NCBI GenBank assembly: GCA_944332555.1
Contig: CALVKF010000003.1
Span: 1 to 62,437 of the forward strand
Length of the DNA: 62,437 nucleotides
Source: an uncultured Bacilli bacterium
GTDB taxonomy: Bacteria; Bacillota_I; Bacilli_A; RF39; UBA660
Direction of reading: 5' to 3'
The translations under genes were made by a program, and so were the position numbers. Shown piece after piece: positions 1 through 11,556 of the stretch (within the stretch, counting starts at the first letter, position 1; the number at the start of each line of letters is the position of its first letter). The notes beneath the pieces were generated by a model. The model made no database searches. It saw only the letters and a list, made by a program, of their open reading frames with translations, and was not told where the DNA came from.

Positions 1-88
1 TACTTTTAAATAAAGTTAATGATAATGTTGTAATAATTATTGCTATTACAAATGCACTACTTACTCCAATTAATATTTTTTTCTTCAT
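1..88 (-). CDS. 5' end of a gene running off the left edge; signal/TM-like N-terminus (MKKKILIGVSSAFVIAIIITTLSLTLFKS...)
   Basis: ATG at 88 read on the minus strand. A Lys-rich n-region is followed by a hydrophobic helix. Only 29 codons are visible and the RBS is weak. Confidence 0.3.
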   Translation of the reverse strand, partial: MKKKILIGVSSAFVIAIIITTLSLTLFKS

Positions 89-126
89 ACCTAATCAACT
101 ACTTTCAAGTTGATTATATCATTTAT

Positions 127-141
127 TGGACATTTTGTCCA
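127..141. promoter_or_regulatory. Inverted repeat TGGACA-TTT-TGTCCA upstream of the XRE gene; a related imperfect copy TAGACTTATAGTCCA lies at 152-166
   Basis: Read directly. It overlaps a TTGGAC -35-like hexamer and abuts TATAAT at 142-147. Confidence 0.4.
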
Positions 142-190
142 TATAATTTTATAGACTTATAGTCCATAATTAAAATATGGAGGTAGTAAT

Positions 191-448
191 ATGTTACATG
201 AAGATAATTATTATTATAATTTAATTAGATATAATATTAAAAAATATAGAGAAAAAGCTAATTTAACTCAACAACAACTTGCTGATTTAGCGGGTATTAC
301 TATGAATTATTTAGCTAAAATTGAAAGTGTTAAAATGCAAAGAGGATTTACAATAGTTATTGTAGGTCGTATTGCTGATGCTCTAAATATTGATATAAGA
401 TGTTTATTTGAACCTATTGAAGAAGAAAACAGTGATAGTAAAAACTAA
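191..448 (+). CDS. XRE-family helix-turn-helix transcriptional regulator
   Basis: HTH_3-type core (ANLTQQQLADLAGITMNYLAKIES). GGAGG RBS 7 nt upstream of the ATG. Confidence 0.85.
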   Translation: MLHEDNYYYNLIRYNIKKYREKANLTQQQLADLAGITMNYLAKIESVKMQRGFTIVIVGRIADALNIDIRCLFEPIEEENSDSKN

Positions 449-457
449 CACTGTTTT

Positions 458-1324
458 CTATTCACCATCAAGTTTATCAGTTATACTAATAAAGAAGTTA
501 CTACTCCACAAATCAAGTGATGATTGATTTTTAATAAATGGTTTAACATCTTCTTTAGCATTATCATAATTTATTTCTTTAAATTTCTCTTTTAATAACT
601 TTTTTAATATATCTAGATTAAAAGAATCATTCTCTTCAATATATTTTGATTCAATTAATTTGTTTTTAACTAAATCAATGTTCACTTTAGTATTTAAAGA
701 TAAGAAAAACACATAATCATATAAATCTCTTCCCTTTGTTCTTAAATTCCATTTTCTACATAATATAGCATGAATTTTACCTGCAAATAAAGAAGGAAGA
801 TCATAAAGTCTAATTTGATATGGCGACGGTAATAATTGATATTTTAGCTCATAATTAGCACCAGCTGGTGGATTAATATCAACTTCAAACTTTATTTTAA
901 TATCTTTTAATAATTTATTATTTGTTTGATGATTGTTATCTGTAAAAAACAACAAAATATGAGTCATTGTATCTCCCTTTAAAAATGCCGAAGTTATATT
1001 AGACTCTTTTCCCTTTTCTTTTTTATTAATAATAAGTTTTAAGCCATAAGATTTAATTTCTTCTTCAATAAAACTAAAATATTTCGACAAATCAAAATTA
1101 GGATTTGGTTTAATCAATGCAAAATCTAAATCTTCCGAAAATCTATCCAATCCATAAAATATTCTTAAAGCCGTTCCACCATAAAATGCCGCCTCATCAA
1201 AGAATTTTCCTCTACTCAATCCCGATAAAACTATTTCTTGTATAATTTCTTTCATTGCATTAATTTCATCTTGTTCACTATTTATTTCGTATTTTTCAAG
1301 CATTTTTTGTAAAATGTTATTCAT
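458..1324 (-). CDS. abiEii: AbiEii/AbiGii-family nucleotidyltransferase toxin (DUF1814) of a type IV TA / abortive-infection pair
   Basis: Signature FYGGTALRIFYGLDRFSEDLDFAL. There is a 4-nt overlap with the upstream antitoxin gene. Confidence 0.85.
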   Translation of the reverse strand: MNNILQKMLEKYEINSEQDEINAMKEIIQEIVLSGLSRGKFFDEAAFYGGTALRIFYGLDRFSEDLDFALIKPNPNFDLSKYFSFIEEEIKSYGLKLIINKKEKGKESNITSAFLKGDTMTHILLFFTDNNHQTNNKLLKDIKIKFEVDINPPAGANYELKYQLLPSPYQIRLYDLPSLFAGKIHAILCRKWNLRTKGRDLYDYVFFLSLNTKVNIDLVKNKLIESKYIEENDSFNLDILKKLLKEKFKEINYDNAKEDVKPFIKNQSSLDLWSSNFFISITDKLDGE

Positions 1325-1905
1325 TTATCCCTCCTTAAAAACTTATATAAAAATGATACATTAGTTGAATGATACACTTCACTAAGCTCTTTTATAATAT
1401 TCATATTTAATTTTTCTAATTCTTCTTCATAAATTCTTAAATCATACAACAATAAATTCTTCATTTGTTCTATATTTTTAACAGGACTTAATGTGTATAA
1501 CTTATCACATAGTGCTTTTTCTTTTGTTGCCAAATGAAAAGTATATCCATTTTCTTCTATTAAATTAACATAAAGTGGAAAAACTCTTTCTGGAACATCT
1601 CGATATATTAGAGTTCCAAATGGTGTGTTATAAGTCCTTTTCTTATTTTTATTAAATGTTGCACATGTAACAACCTCTACTCTCTCAAGTATTAAACCAT
1701 AAAAAGACAAAGCAAAATCAAATGAGATATAAGATGGTCCATATATAAAATTAGCTAAATAATATGCTGGAGTATTGGGATTAGTTTCATATAATCCCTT
1801 CTTAATTTTAATTAACTTTCCTTCTTTAACATCTCTAGCCAACTTCGTATCTTTATTAATATAATTTATATACTTATTCTTTTGAATATTATTTGAAACT
1901 ACCAT
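1321..1905 (-). CDS. abiEi: AbiEi-family antitoxin / transcriptional autoregulator
   Basis: KEGKLIKIKKGLYE and GPSYISFDFALSFYGLI match the AbiEi pattern. Start moved to ATG 1905, preceded by GGAGGAAAT; the track start at 1953 has no RBS. Confidence 0.75.
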   Translation of the reverse strand: MVVSNNIQKNKYINYINKDTKLARDVKEGKLIKIKKGLYETNPNTPAYYLANFIYGPSYISFDFALSFYGLILERVEVVTCATFNKNKKRTYNTPFGTLIYRDVPERVFPLYVNLIEENGYTFHLATKEKALCDKLYTLSPVKNIEQMKNLLLYDLRIYEEELEKLNMNIIKELSEVYHSTNVSFLYKFLRRDK

Positions 1906-1919
1906 ATTTCCTCCTCTAA

Positions 1920-1953
1920 TTATCATTATATGATAAATTCCGGAGGAAATCAA
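1920..1953 (-). promoter_or_regulatory. abiE promoter TTGATT-N17-TATAAT with inverted repeat TTATCAT-N3-ATGATAA (1920-1936) over the -10
   Basis: -35 at 1948-1953 and -10 at 1925-1930, read on the minus strand. The palindrome overlaps the -10 and the transcription start. AbiEi proteins are known autorepressors that bind promoter inverted repeats. Confidence 0.5.
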
Positions 1954-1977
1954 GTAATTTTTGCTTTTTTAAACAAA

Positions 1978-2015
1978 GAAAGCGACCGCGCTGTCAAGTC
2001 AGCACGACCGCTTTC
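1978..2015. other. GC-rich imperfect hairpin (GAAAGCG...CGCTTTC arms) in an otherwise AT-rich spacer between ncRNA unit A and the abiE promoter
   Basis: A 7-bp perfect stem base plus further interrupted pairs. On the minus strand it is followed by TTTGTTT. It may act as a read-through terminator or insulator. Confidence 0.35.
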
Positions 2016-2121
2016 TAAATATAATATATTACATTTTATAATATTAATCAATAGTTATTTACTAAAAAAGACAAAACACATATAAATATCTTGTGCTGTT
2101 TCTTATGTTGTTTTATAAAAT

Positions 2122-2438
2122 CAATTAAAAAAGGAATTAGATGTACAATACCTAGAATTATAAATAATTCGTCACTGATTTAAAAAATCTAATTCCTTTT
2201 TATTTACTTATATATTTTTATATAAGTATTCTATTAACTATATATGGGCTTGGGCTACAATTGCCTGTGCCATAAATAATTAATAGGTTTAAAAGAGTTC
2301 TAGTCTCTGCGTCTAATGCATAAATCCCTAGACTAACGCCCGAAACGAGCAGAGATACAAACTCTTTTCAAAAAGAAACCACCAAAGTACCTGTTATCAA
2401 AAATGATAAGTCTCTCCTATAAAACGGCTTCTTTCTCT
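2122..2438 (-). ncRNA. Unassigned structured non-coding transcription unit A (~320 nt)
   Basis: The promoter is TTGACA (2468-2473), N17, TGG-TATATT (2445-2450). No ORF exceeds 11 codons on either strand. Helix AAAGAAGCC/GGTTTCTTT encloses ATAGGAGAGA, a hairpin, then AGGTACTTTG. The 3' long stem AGGAATTAGAT/ATCTAATTCCT (2132-2197) encloses GTGACGAATTAT..ATAATTCTAGG and is followed by a U-tract. Confidence 0.55.
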
Positions 2439-2483
2439 ATAAAGAATATACCATAAAATTTATTATATGTCAATCGTCTTTGT

Positions 2484-2864
2484 AAAAAAATAAAAAGGGA
2501 TTAGACAAACAGTCCCTAGAATTAATAATTATTATTAATTCGTCACCGATGTAATATCTAATCCCTTTTTAAATGAAACAATAGCAATTGCCATCAAGTA
2601 CTAATTAATATTGCTTCATTTAAACAAATTTTGCCATTGCGTTCAATACCGTCGCAACGGGAAAATTTGTTATTAAGACTCTTGCTATTGCTTCTGATAC
2701 CTATTGTCCCAGATTTAAACGCCTTATAACGACAACAGTACAAGTCCTTGAATAAAAGGAACCGTCAAAGTACCTAGCACAAATAGTGCATCACTCCTAT
2801 TAACCCATTTCCTTTTATTTTTATAGATTGGCCCTAACCCATACGGGTTACGACCAATCTAACT
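2484..2864 (-). ncRNA. Unassigned structured non-coding transcription unit B (~380 nt), paralog of unit A
   Basis: The promoter is TTGACA (2894-2899), N17, TGC-TATAAT (2871-2876). Helix ATAAAAGGAA/TTCCTTTTAT encloses ATAGGAGTGA, a hairpin, then AGGTACTTTG. The 3' stem AGGGATTAGA/TCTAATCCCT (2496-2566) encloses GTGACGAATTA..TAATTCTAGG and is followed by a U-tract. The central part is unrelated to unit A. Confidence 0.55.
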
Positions 2865-2900
2865 AATTTAATTATAGCATCGATTTTATTATATGTCAAC

Positions 2901-2927
2901 AAAAACAAAGCTCCCTATTTGGGAACT
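2901..2927 (-). terminator. Rho-independent terminator-like hairpin (AGTTCCC/GGGAGCT, then TTGTTTTT) immediately upstream of the unit B promoter
   Basis: 7-bp stem including one G-U pair, 5-nt loop, T-rich tail on the minus strand. Confidence 0.5.
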
Positions 2928-2980
2928 TCAAGATATTACTCTTCAATATCGTTAGTAAACTAATACTAGATTGATATCGA

Positions 2981-3024
2981 AAAAAAAATAATCATGTACT
3001 TAAGTAATACCTGTAGTACATGAT
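2981..3024 (-). terminator. Rho-independent terminator of the yihY-like gene
   Basis: 10-bp stem ATCATGTACT/AGTACATGAT followed by T8 on the minus strand, 9 nt after the stop codon. Confidence 0.8.
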
Positions 3025-3032
3025 ATTATTAT

Positions 3033-3893
3033 TTACTTATTATTCGTTTTTATAGAACCTGTTTTTTCCAATTCTACTTCTTCTTTACGATAGTTTAGAG
3101 CCATACCAATTGTAAATACATAAGCAAGTATGTATATCCAGATCATTAACATGACAATATTGGCAAGACTTCCATAAAATGTTGAGTAGTATGCAATATT
3201 ATTGATATAAAATGAATAACCATAAGTTATAAGTATCCAAGAAATACTTGTAAATATTGCCCCATATCCGACATTTTTACTCTTTATTCTTTTATTCGGA
3301 GCAATAGTATAAAGTATTTTTATAAAGAAATACATTATTAACCAAGTAACAGGACCTTGTAATAATCTTATAATAGTTGTTACTTTATCAGTAATTGAAC
3401 TATTTAAATCAACATATTGAAATAATTCTATAATTTTATCCCCAAAAATGGGAACTATTAACATGAAAATGAAAAGTAATACTAAAAATATTGTCATAAT
3501 AATTGATTTTAATCTTCTTTTAAAGAAACCCGTTTGCTTTTCGCCATATATAGCATTAGATGTAATAATAATTGATGCTGGTCCATTGGATGCCGTATAG
3601 TAACCGACAATCAAAGTTATTACTAAACCCCAACCTGAAGCATTTGATTCGGGAAGATTTAATAGCATTGCTGCAATATCTTCTGAAAAAGCATTAGCTA
3701 AAAAATCATATATTATGTCTGTTGATAAATTAAGTAAACTTGCTCCATAACTAATAAGGGTTATAGTAGGAACAATAGCAAGCACAAAGAAAAAGGCCAG
3801 TTGTCCAGGAAGTATTGCCATCTCCGGCCTTTTTAAAACTTTTATAAAATTATCAAAAAATTCTTTAACCTCACTTTTTAACTTCTTTTTCAT
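3033..3893 (-). CDS. YihY/BrkB (ribonuclease BN-like) family integral membrane protein
   Basis: About 6 TM helices. N-terminus KRPEMAILPGQLAFFFVLAIVP is typical of the family. Confidence 0.8.
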   Translation of the reverse strand: MKKKLKSEVKEFFDNFIKVLKRPEMAILPGQLAFFFVLAIVPTITLISYGASLLNLSTDIIYDFLANAFSEDIAAMLLNLPESNASGWGLVITLIVGYYTASNGPASIIITSNAIYGEKQTGFFKRRLKSIIMTIFLVLLFIFMLIVPIFGDKIIELFQYVDLNSSITDKVTTIIRLLQGPVTWLIMYFFIKILYTIAPNKRIKSKNVGYGAIFTSISWILITYGYSFYINNIAYYSTFYGSLANIVMLMIWIYILAYVFTIGMALNYRKEEVELEKTGSIKTNNK

Positions 3894-5892
3894 TTTTTAT
3901 GGCACCCTTTTGTTTCTTCATATCTTCAACCGCTTCATTCATGGCATCTTCAATAGTTTTTATATCATCATCTATCACGCTGTAGCCGAATTCTGCTCCA
4001 AAGTCATACGGTAATTTCTTTATTTCTTTATTTAATTTATGAATATAATTAGTTATTTGTTTTTGATTATAACCCACTAAATAAATAACAAATTCATTAC
4101 CATCAGTACGCATTATTTCACTATTATCAAGTTGTGTCTTAATTAATACATTAGCACATGCTTTAATTTGTTTATCCCCTTCATTATAACCATTTAAATC
4201 ATTAATTTCTTGTATTTTATTTAAATCTACTACGATTATAGTTTGTGGATAAATTGTATTATTATTCCATGTTGCAATATTTTCGTTTAAATAATTTCTA
4301 TTTTTTAAAGATGTTAATTGATCAATAAATTTCATTTTATCATCTTTTTTAATCTTTCTCGCAATAGAAATCTTTTTACTTTTACGAATAATTATTAGAG
4401 CAATAATTATAGCTATAATTACCGCATATAAAATGTATTCAGCTATTTTTGTAACAATTCCGCCACTTTGAACAGTTTCACTATGGTTATTAAGTCCTTC
4501 TAAAATTATTTCATCTTGATCTAGAAAACTTACATATTTATCAAGTAAATTATATAATGCACTATCAGTTCTTACTTTAAAATTATATTCATCGGCGATA
4601 TAATCACTATATCTTGCTGAATAGTTATCTAACTCATCCAAACTATAATAATCAAAAGTATTTTTATCTATTACTAATATTACATCTCTTTTATTTAATT
4701 TAAATAAATCTTTTGTTGTACTAAATGTTTCAACATTTATACCATTAATATTGCTAATATAATCATATATTTTAGAGTTTTCTTGTACATATACAGTTTC
4801 TCCAATTAAAGAATTAATTGATTTTATAACCATATTATTATCTTTTCTAACTGCCACACTATATTCGATATTTATCCCATTTGTAGCATTAAAATTATCG
4901 GAATAATTATAATAATTAAAATATAAATCGACATCGCCATTTTCTACAGCATTCATAAATCTATCATAATTACGGTATTTTTCAAAATTAAATTCAACTC
5001 CCGCAAAATCACTGAATTTACTTAAAACAACTGCAGCAATTCCGCCATATTTACCTCCCATAATAACTTCATAAGGAGATGCATTAACAAAACCATAGTT
5101 ATATTCAATACTTTGCATCGAATCTATTTCCGTTGCTGATATATTTAAAGAAGTTGTAAAAGTATTAAATAATGCTTCGTTATATAATGTATCAATTTCT
5201 TCCCAATTATTATAAAATTTTCTTAAAATGCTACTTAAAGTATCATCTGTAGTTTGCATTGTATAATATATTTTAATATCACTAAAATGGTATAAGATAT
5301 TATAATTATTACTTAAAATAGTATCTAAATAATAAGTTAAAGGTACTATAGCATAAGTTACATCACTGCCAATTGCATTAAATAATTCTTCACTAGATTC
5401 ATATTGGGTAAATGTAATATTGGTAGAATTTATATAAGTTGATACATAACTTAAATCACTAGTTAAAATACCTATTGTTCTACCTATTAAATCATCAGTA
5501 TCACTAATTATTTCATTATTAGTACCAATTAACGCATAATGATCTGTAAAAAATACTACATCATTATTTCCTACACTAGTTTTAGCACCTAGTGTTATAC
5601 CTGATGGATTAGTTCCATTTCTAAAAGTAATTGGATTGATATTTAAACCATATTCTTCTTCGAAATCTTCTATAAAGCCATAAAATACTCCACTACCATT
5701 TTTACCAAAAACATTAGCATCATCCAAAACATTAATATTTGGTACGGTATTAATATTTTCATTTATCCAATTGCGTTCTGCAACAGTCAATTTATTTTCA
5801 TCATTTAAAAGAAAATATAAAAGGATTGCAATACCTATAACAACAATTGCACTTACAACTATAACAATTATATTTCGTCTTTTTTTCATCAC
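3871..5892 (-). CDS. Membrane sensor with two extracytoplasmic solute-binding-like repeats, a second TM helix and a C-terminal degenerate GGDEF domain
   Basis: N-terminal TM helix, then a second TM helix (YILYAVIIAIIIALIII). The GGDEF-fold tail reads LTSLKNRNYL...MRTDGNEFVIYL, so the active-site motif is DGNEF rather than GG(D/E)EF. Confidence 0.7.
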   Translation of the reverse strand: MMKKRRNIIVIVVSAIVVIGIAILLYFLLNDENKLTVAERNWINENINTVPNINVLDDANVFGKNGSGVFYGFIEDFEEEYGLNINPITFRNGTNPSGITLGAKTSVGNNDVVFFTDHYALIGTNNEIISDTDDLIGRTIGILTSDLSYVSTYINSTNITFTQYESSEELFNAIGSDVTYAIVPLTYYLDTILSNNYNILYHFSDIKIYYTMQTTDDTLSSILRKFYNNWEEIDTLYNEALFNTFTTSLNISATEIDSMQSIEYNYGFVNASPYEVIMGGKYGGIAAVVLSKFSDFAGVEFNFEKYRNYDRFMNAVENGDVDLYFNYYNYSDNFNATNGINIEYSVAVRKDNNMVIKSINSLIGETVYVQENSKIYDYISNINGINVETFSTTKDLFKLNKRDVILVIDKNTFDYYSLDELDNYSARYSDYIADEYNFKVRTDSALYNLLDKYVSFLDQDEIILEGLNNHSETVQSGGIVTKIAEYILYAVIIAIIIALIIIRKSKKISIARKIKKDDKMKFIDQLTSLKNRNYLNENIATWNNNTIYPQTIIVVDLNKIQEINDLNGYNEGDKQIKACANVLIKTQLDNSEIMRTDGNEFVIYLVGYNQKQITNYIHKLNKEIKKLPYDFGAEFGYSVIDDDIKTIEDAMNEAVEDMKKQKGAIKNEKEVKK

Positions 5893-6389
5893 TCTTCTTC
5901 ACTTTCTACTGGTGTATTATTATTCCAAACAACACCTGAACCAGCAACATTTCTAGCTCCCATTATGGTAAATCCTTCACTATTTTCTGTTGCTGCACAT
6001 TCTAATGTAAAGTTAATATCATAATAAGATAAAGTATCTTCACTAAATAAATCTAATGATGCTACAGCTTTACTTTCAGCATCTACTAGTGGTGTATCTG
6101 GAGCAAAAGTAATAGCTACATAAATAACTCTACCTTGAGTATGGATTGTTACATCCTCCACTGTTTCATCTTCAGCAAAACTAGCTACATATTCATCCAT
6201 AAATTCTTCAGTCACCGGATAATTTTCAATACCATCTAATCTATCGCCATAAACTGATTCACTACCTCCGAAGAAAAAGGATACAGCAACCACAATTATA
6301 GCAATTAGACATATTATTAGAACTATCCCTAGTACTATTAACACCTTATTCTTCCCCCATAATTCTTTTAGTTTATTCAAATTATTCAC
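5889..6389 (-). CDS. Membrane-anchored hypothetical protein with an acidic extracytoplasmic domain
   Basis: A single N-terminal TM helix. There is a 4-nt overlap with the downstream gene. No family recognised. Confidence 0.6.
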   Translation of the reverse strand: MNNLNKLKELWGKNKVLIVLGIVLIICLIAIIVVAVSFFFGGSESVYGDRLDGIENYPVTEEFMDEYVASFAEDETVEDVTIHTQGRVIYVAITFAPDTPLVDAESKAVASLDLFSEDTLSYYDINFTLECAATENSEGFTIMGARNVAGSGVVWNNNTPVESEEE

Positions 6390-6428
6390 CTCTTTAAGTA
6401 ATATAATTATACTACATATTTAGAAATA

Positions 6429-9318
<2,890 letters not shown>

Positions 9319-9319
9319 T

Positions 9320-11410
9320 TTACATCCTCCTTAAACCTTGATAATTACTCAATAATTTTTTAATTCCAAACCTTTTATCAAAAGCAATTGTTACAAATCT
9401 TTCATCAGCATCAATTACAACACCTTTGCCATATGTATCATGTATTACTATATCACCATGATTATATAAAGTGTTTTCTGTCTTGTAATATCTTTCTTTA
9501 TTAAATTCTTTTACTCCACTTATATTATTTACTTTTTCATCTTTTTCAATTAAATCATGATCAATTTCATTAATAAATCTACTTGGTGGATTAAAATTAA
9601 CATTTCCATAAAGCATTCTTCTTTTAGCATTAGTTATGTATAATCTTTCTTTAGCTCTAGTTATTGCTACATAACAAAGTCTTCGCTCTTCGTCCATTTC
9701 TTCTTTACTATTACTCGAATTAGCATGAGGCATTATACCTTCTTCCATACCCGCTAGAAATACTACTTTAAATTCGAGTCCCTTAGCAGAATGCATAGTC
9801 ATTAAAGTTATAGCATTACCATCTTCTATATGTTCTTTAGCATCCGCAACTAAACTAATATCTTCCAAGAAATCTTCCAAATTAACTGAACCAGTTTCTT
9901 TTTGATAACTCTCGGTAATACTTCTAAATTCTTTTAGGTTTTCAAGTCTAAGATCTGCTTCTAGAGTTTTATCTTTTTCCAGTTCCGCTTGCATACCTGA
10001 TAACTCTAAAACTTTGTCAATAAGTTCTGTTAAATCCACATTTTTAGCAATTTCTTGTAAATTTAAAATTAAATTTTTAAATTCTAGTTCTTTTGGTTTT
10101 TCTAATGCTTCAAACATACTGATATTATTCATATCTGCTCTTTGTTCTAATTCTTCAATCGATTTATTTCCAATACCTCTTTTTGGTACATTTATAACTC
10201 TAGAAAGAGATACATCATCATGTGTATTTGATATTAATCTTAAATAACTAATTAAATCTTTAACCTCTTTTCTTTTATAGAAATAATAACTACCCACAAC
10301 TTTATAAGGATAATTCTTACTTAAAATACCTTCTTCTAGTATTCTTGATTGGGCATTAGTCCGATAAAGTATAGCAATATCTTTATAATCATACCCATCA
10401 TCTAGTAACTTCTTTATCTCATCAAGTATTGTCTTAATTTCATCGGCCTCATCATTACATCTTGTATATTTTATTTTAACACCTAAACCAAAATCACTAT
10501 GTAGTTCTACTCCCTTACCTTCATTATTATTCTTAATAACTGAATTTGCAGCCTTCAAAATATTATTAGTACTTCGATAATTTTGGTATAAAGTAATTAC
10601 TTCAACCTCTGGATAATCACTTTCAAAATTCATAATATTTTTATAATTTGACCACCGAAATCCATATATTGATTGACAAGGATCACCCACAACAAAAATA
10701 TTACGATATTTCTCTGCCAGTTTTTTAACTAACTTATATTGTACTTCATTAGTATCTTGATATTCATCAATTAATATATAACGATACTTCTCTTGATAAT
10801 AATCGAGTATTTCTTCATGAGTATAAAAAAGCTCTACTGGGTTCTTTAACAAATCATCAAAATCAACAGCATTATTTCTTCTTAAAACCTTTTGATATTC
10901 AAAATATATTTTTAATGCCACTTTTTCAGGTGGAGATGCTAAATACTTTTCCGCTTCACTATCACTAAGCATTTCATTTTTAATAAAACTTATTTTATTT
11001 TTTATAAAACCTGGACTATATTCTTTAGGATCATATCCTAAATCTTTAAGTAGTTTCTTTATTATACTAGTAGCATCATCACTATCAATAATTGTAAAGT
11101 TATGAGTTAGTCCCAAAGCTTCATAATTTTCCTTAATTATTCTTAAACCAAATGAATGAAATGTTCCCACAAAAGCTTTATTTTCTCCCACAACATTGTT
11201 AATTCTTTCCCGCATTTCCTTCGCGGCTTTATTAGTAAAAGTTATCGCTAAAATATTTCTTGAATCAATTCCATTACTTATTAAATTAGCAATACGCATA
11301 GTAAGTACTTTTGTCTTACCAGAACCCGCTCCCGCTAACACTAGACAAGGACCATCAATGTGTTCTACTGCCTTAACTTGTTCTTTATTTAGTCCATCTA
11401 ATATATTCAT
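9320..11410 (-). CDS. pcrA: ATP-dependent DNA helicase PcrA (UvrD/Rep superfamily 1)
   Basis: Walker A AGAGSGKTKVLT, DEYQDTN, TMHSAKGLEF. Start moved to ATG 11410, preceded by TGGAGGATAT; the track's 30-aa N-terminal extension is hydrophobic junk. Confidence 0.93.
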   Translation of the reverse strand: MNILDGLNKEQVKAVEHIDGPCLVLAGAGSGKTKVLTMRIANLISNGIDSRNILAITFTNKAAKEMRERINNVVGENKAFVGTFHSFGLRIIKENYEALGLTHNFTIIDSDDATSIIKKLLKDLGYDPKEYSPGFIKNKISFIKNEMLSDSEAEKYLASPPEKVALKIYFEYQKVLRRNNAVDFDDLLKNPVELFYTHEEILDYYQEKYRYILIDEYQDTNEVQYKLVKKLAEKYRNIFVVGDPCQSIYGFRWSNYKNIMNFESDYPEVEVITLYQNYRSTNNILKAANSVIKNNNEGKGVELHSDFGLGVKIKYTRCNDEADEIKTILDEIKKLLDDGYDYKDIAILYRTNAQSRILEEGILSKNYPYKVVGSYYFYKRKEVKDLISYLRLISNTHDDVSLSRVINVPKRGIGNKSIEELEQRADMNNISMFEALEKPKELEFKNLILNLQEIAKNVDLTELIDKVLELSGMQAELEKDKTLEADLRLENLKEFRSITESYQKETGSVNLEDFLEDISLVADAKEHIEDGNAITLMTMHSAKGLEFKVVFLAGMEEGIMPHANSSNSKEEMDEERRLCYVAITRAKERLYITNAKRRMLYGNVNFNPPSRFINEIDHDLIEKDEKVNNISGVKEFNKERYYKTENTLYNHGDIVIHDTYGKGVVIDADERFVTIAFDKRFGIKKLLSNYQGLRRM

Positions 11411-11498
11411 ATATCCTCCATAACTACTACATATAATTATACCAAAAATATAAACATTAAAAAAGAGAAAAAAATATTTATCAATTACTTTAGTATAC

Positions 11499-11525
11499 AC
11501 TTATTTTTAGATTATTCATAAATTA
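11499..11525 (+). promoter_or_regulatory. Sigma-K-like mother-cell promoter match (AC-N16-CATAAATTA) upstream of the CotY/Z-like gene
   Basis: It fits the Bacillus sigma-K consensus AC-N16/17-CATA---TA and lies about 30 nt upstream of the start codon. Chance matches are frequent in AT-rich DNA. Confidence 0.3.
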
Positions 11526-11556
11526 TTAATGAAAGTACATGAAAGGGTGAAAGTTT

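Noticed and set aside
2100-2930. T-box leaders, riboswitches, tmRNA, SRP RNA or 6S RNA as the identity of the tandem ncRNAs
   Set aside because: There is no T-box GGTGGTACCGCG element, although GGTAC and GGTGG occur in the wrong order. There is no tRNA-like end or tag ORF, no SRP GGAAG/AGCA core, and no 6S-type end-to-end helix. Each unit ends in its own terminator, and unit B is followed by another promoter rather than a regulated gene.
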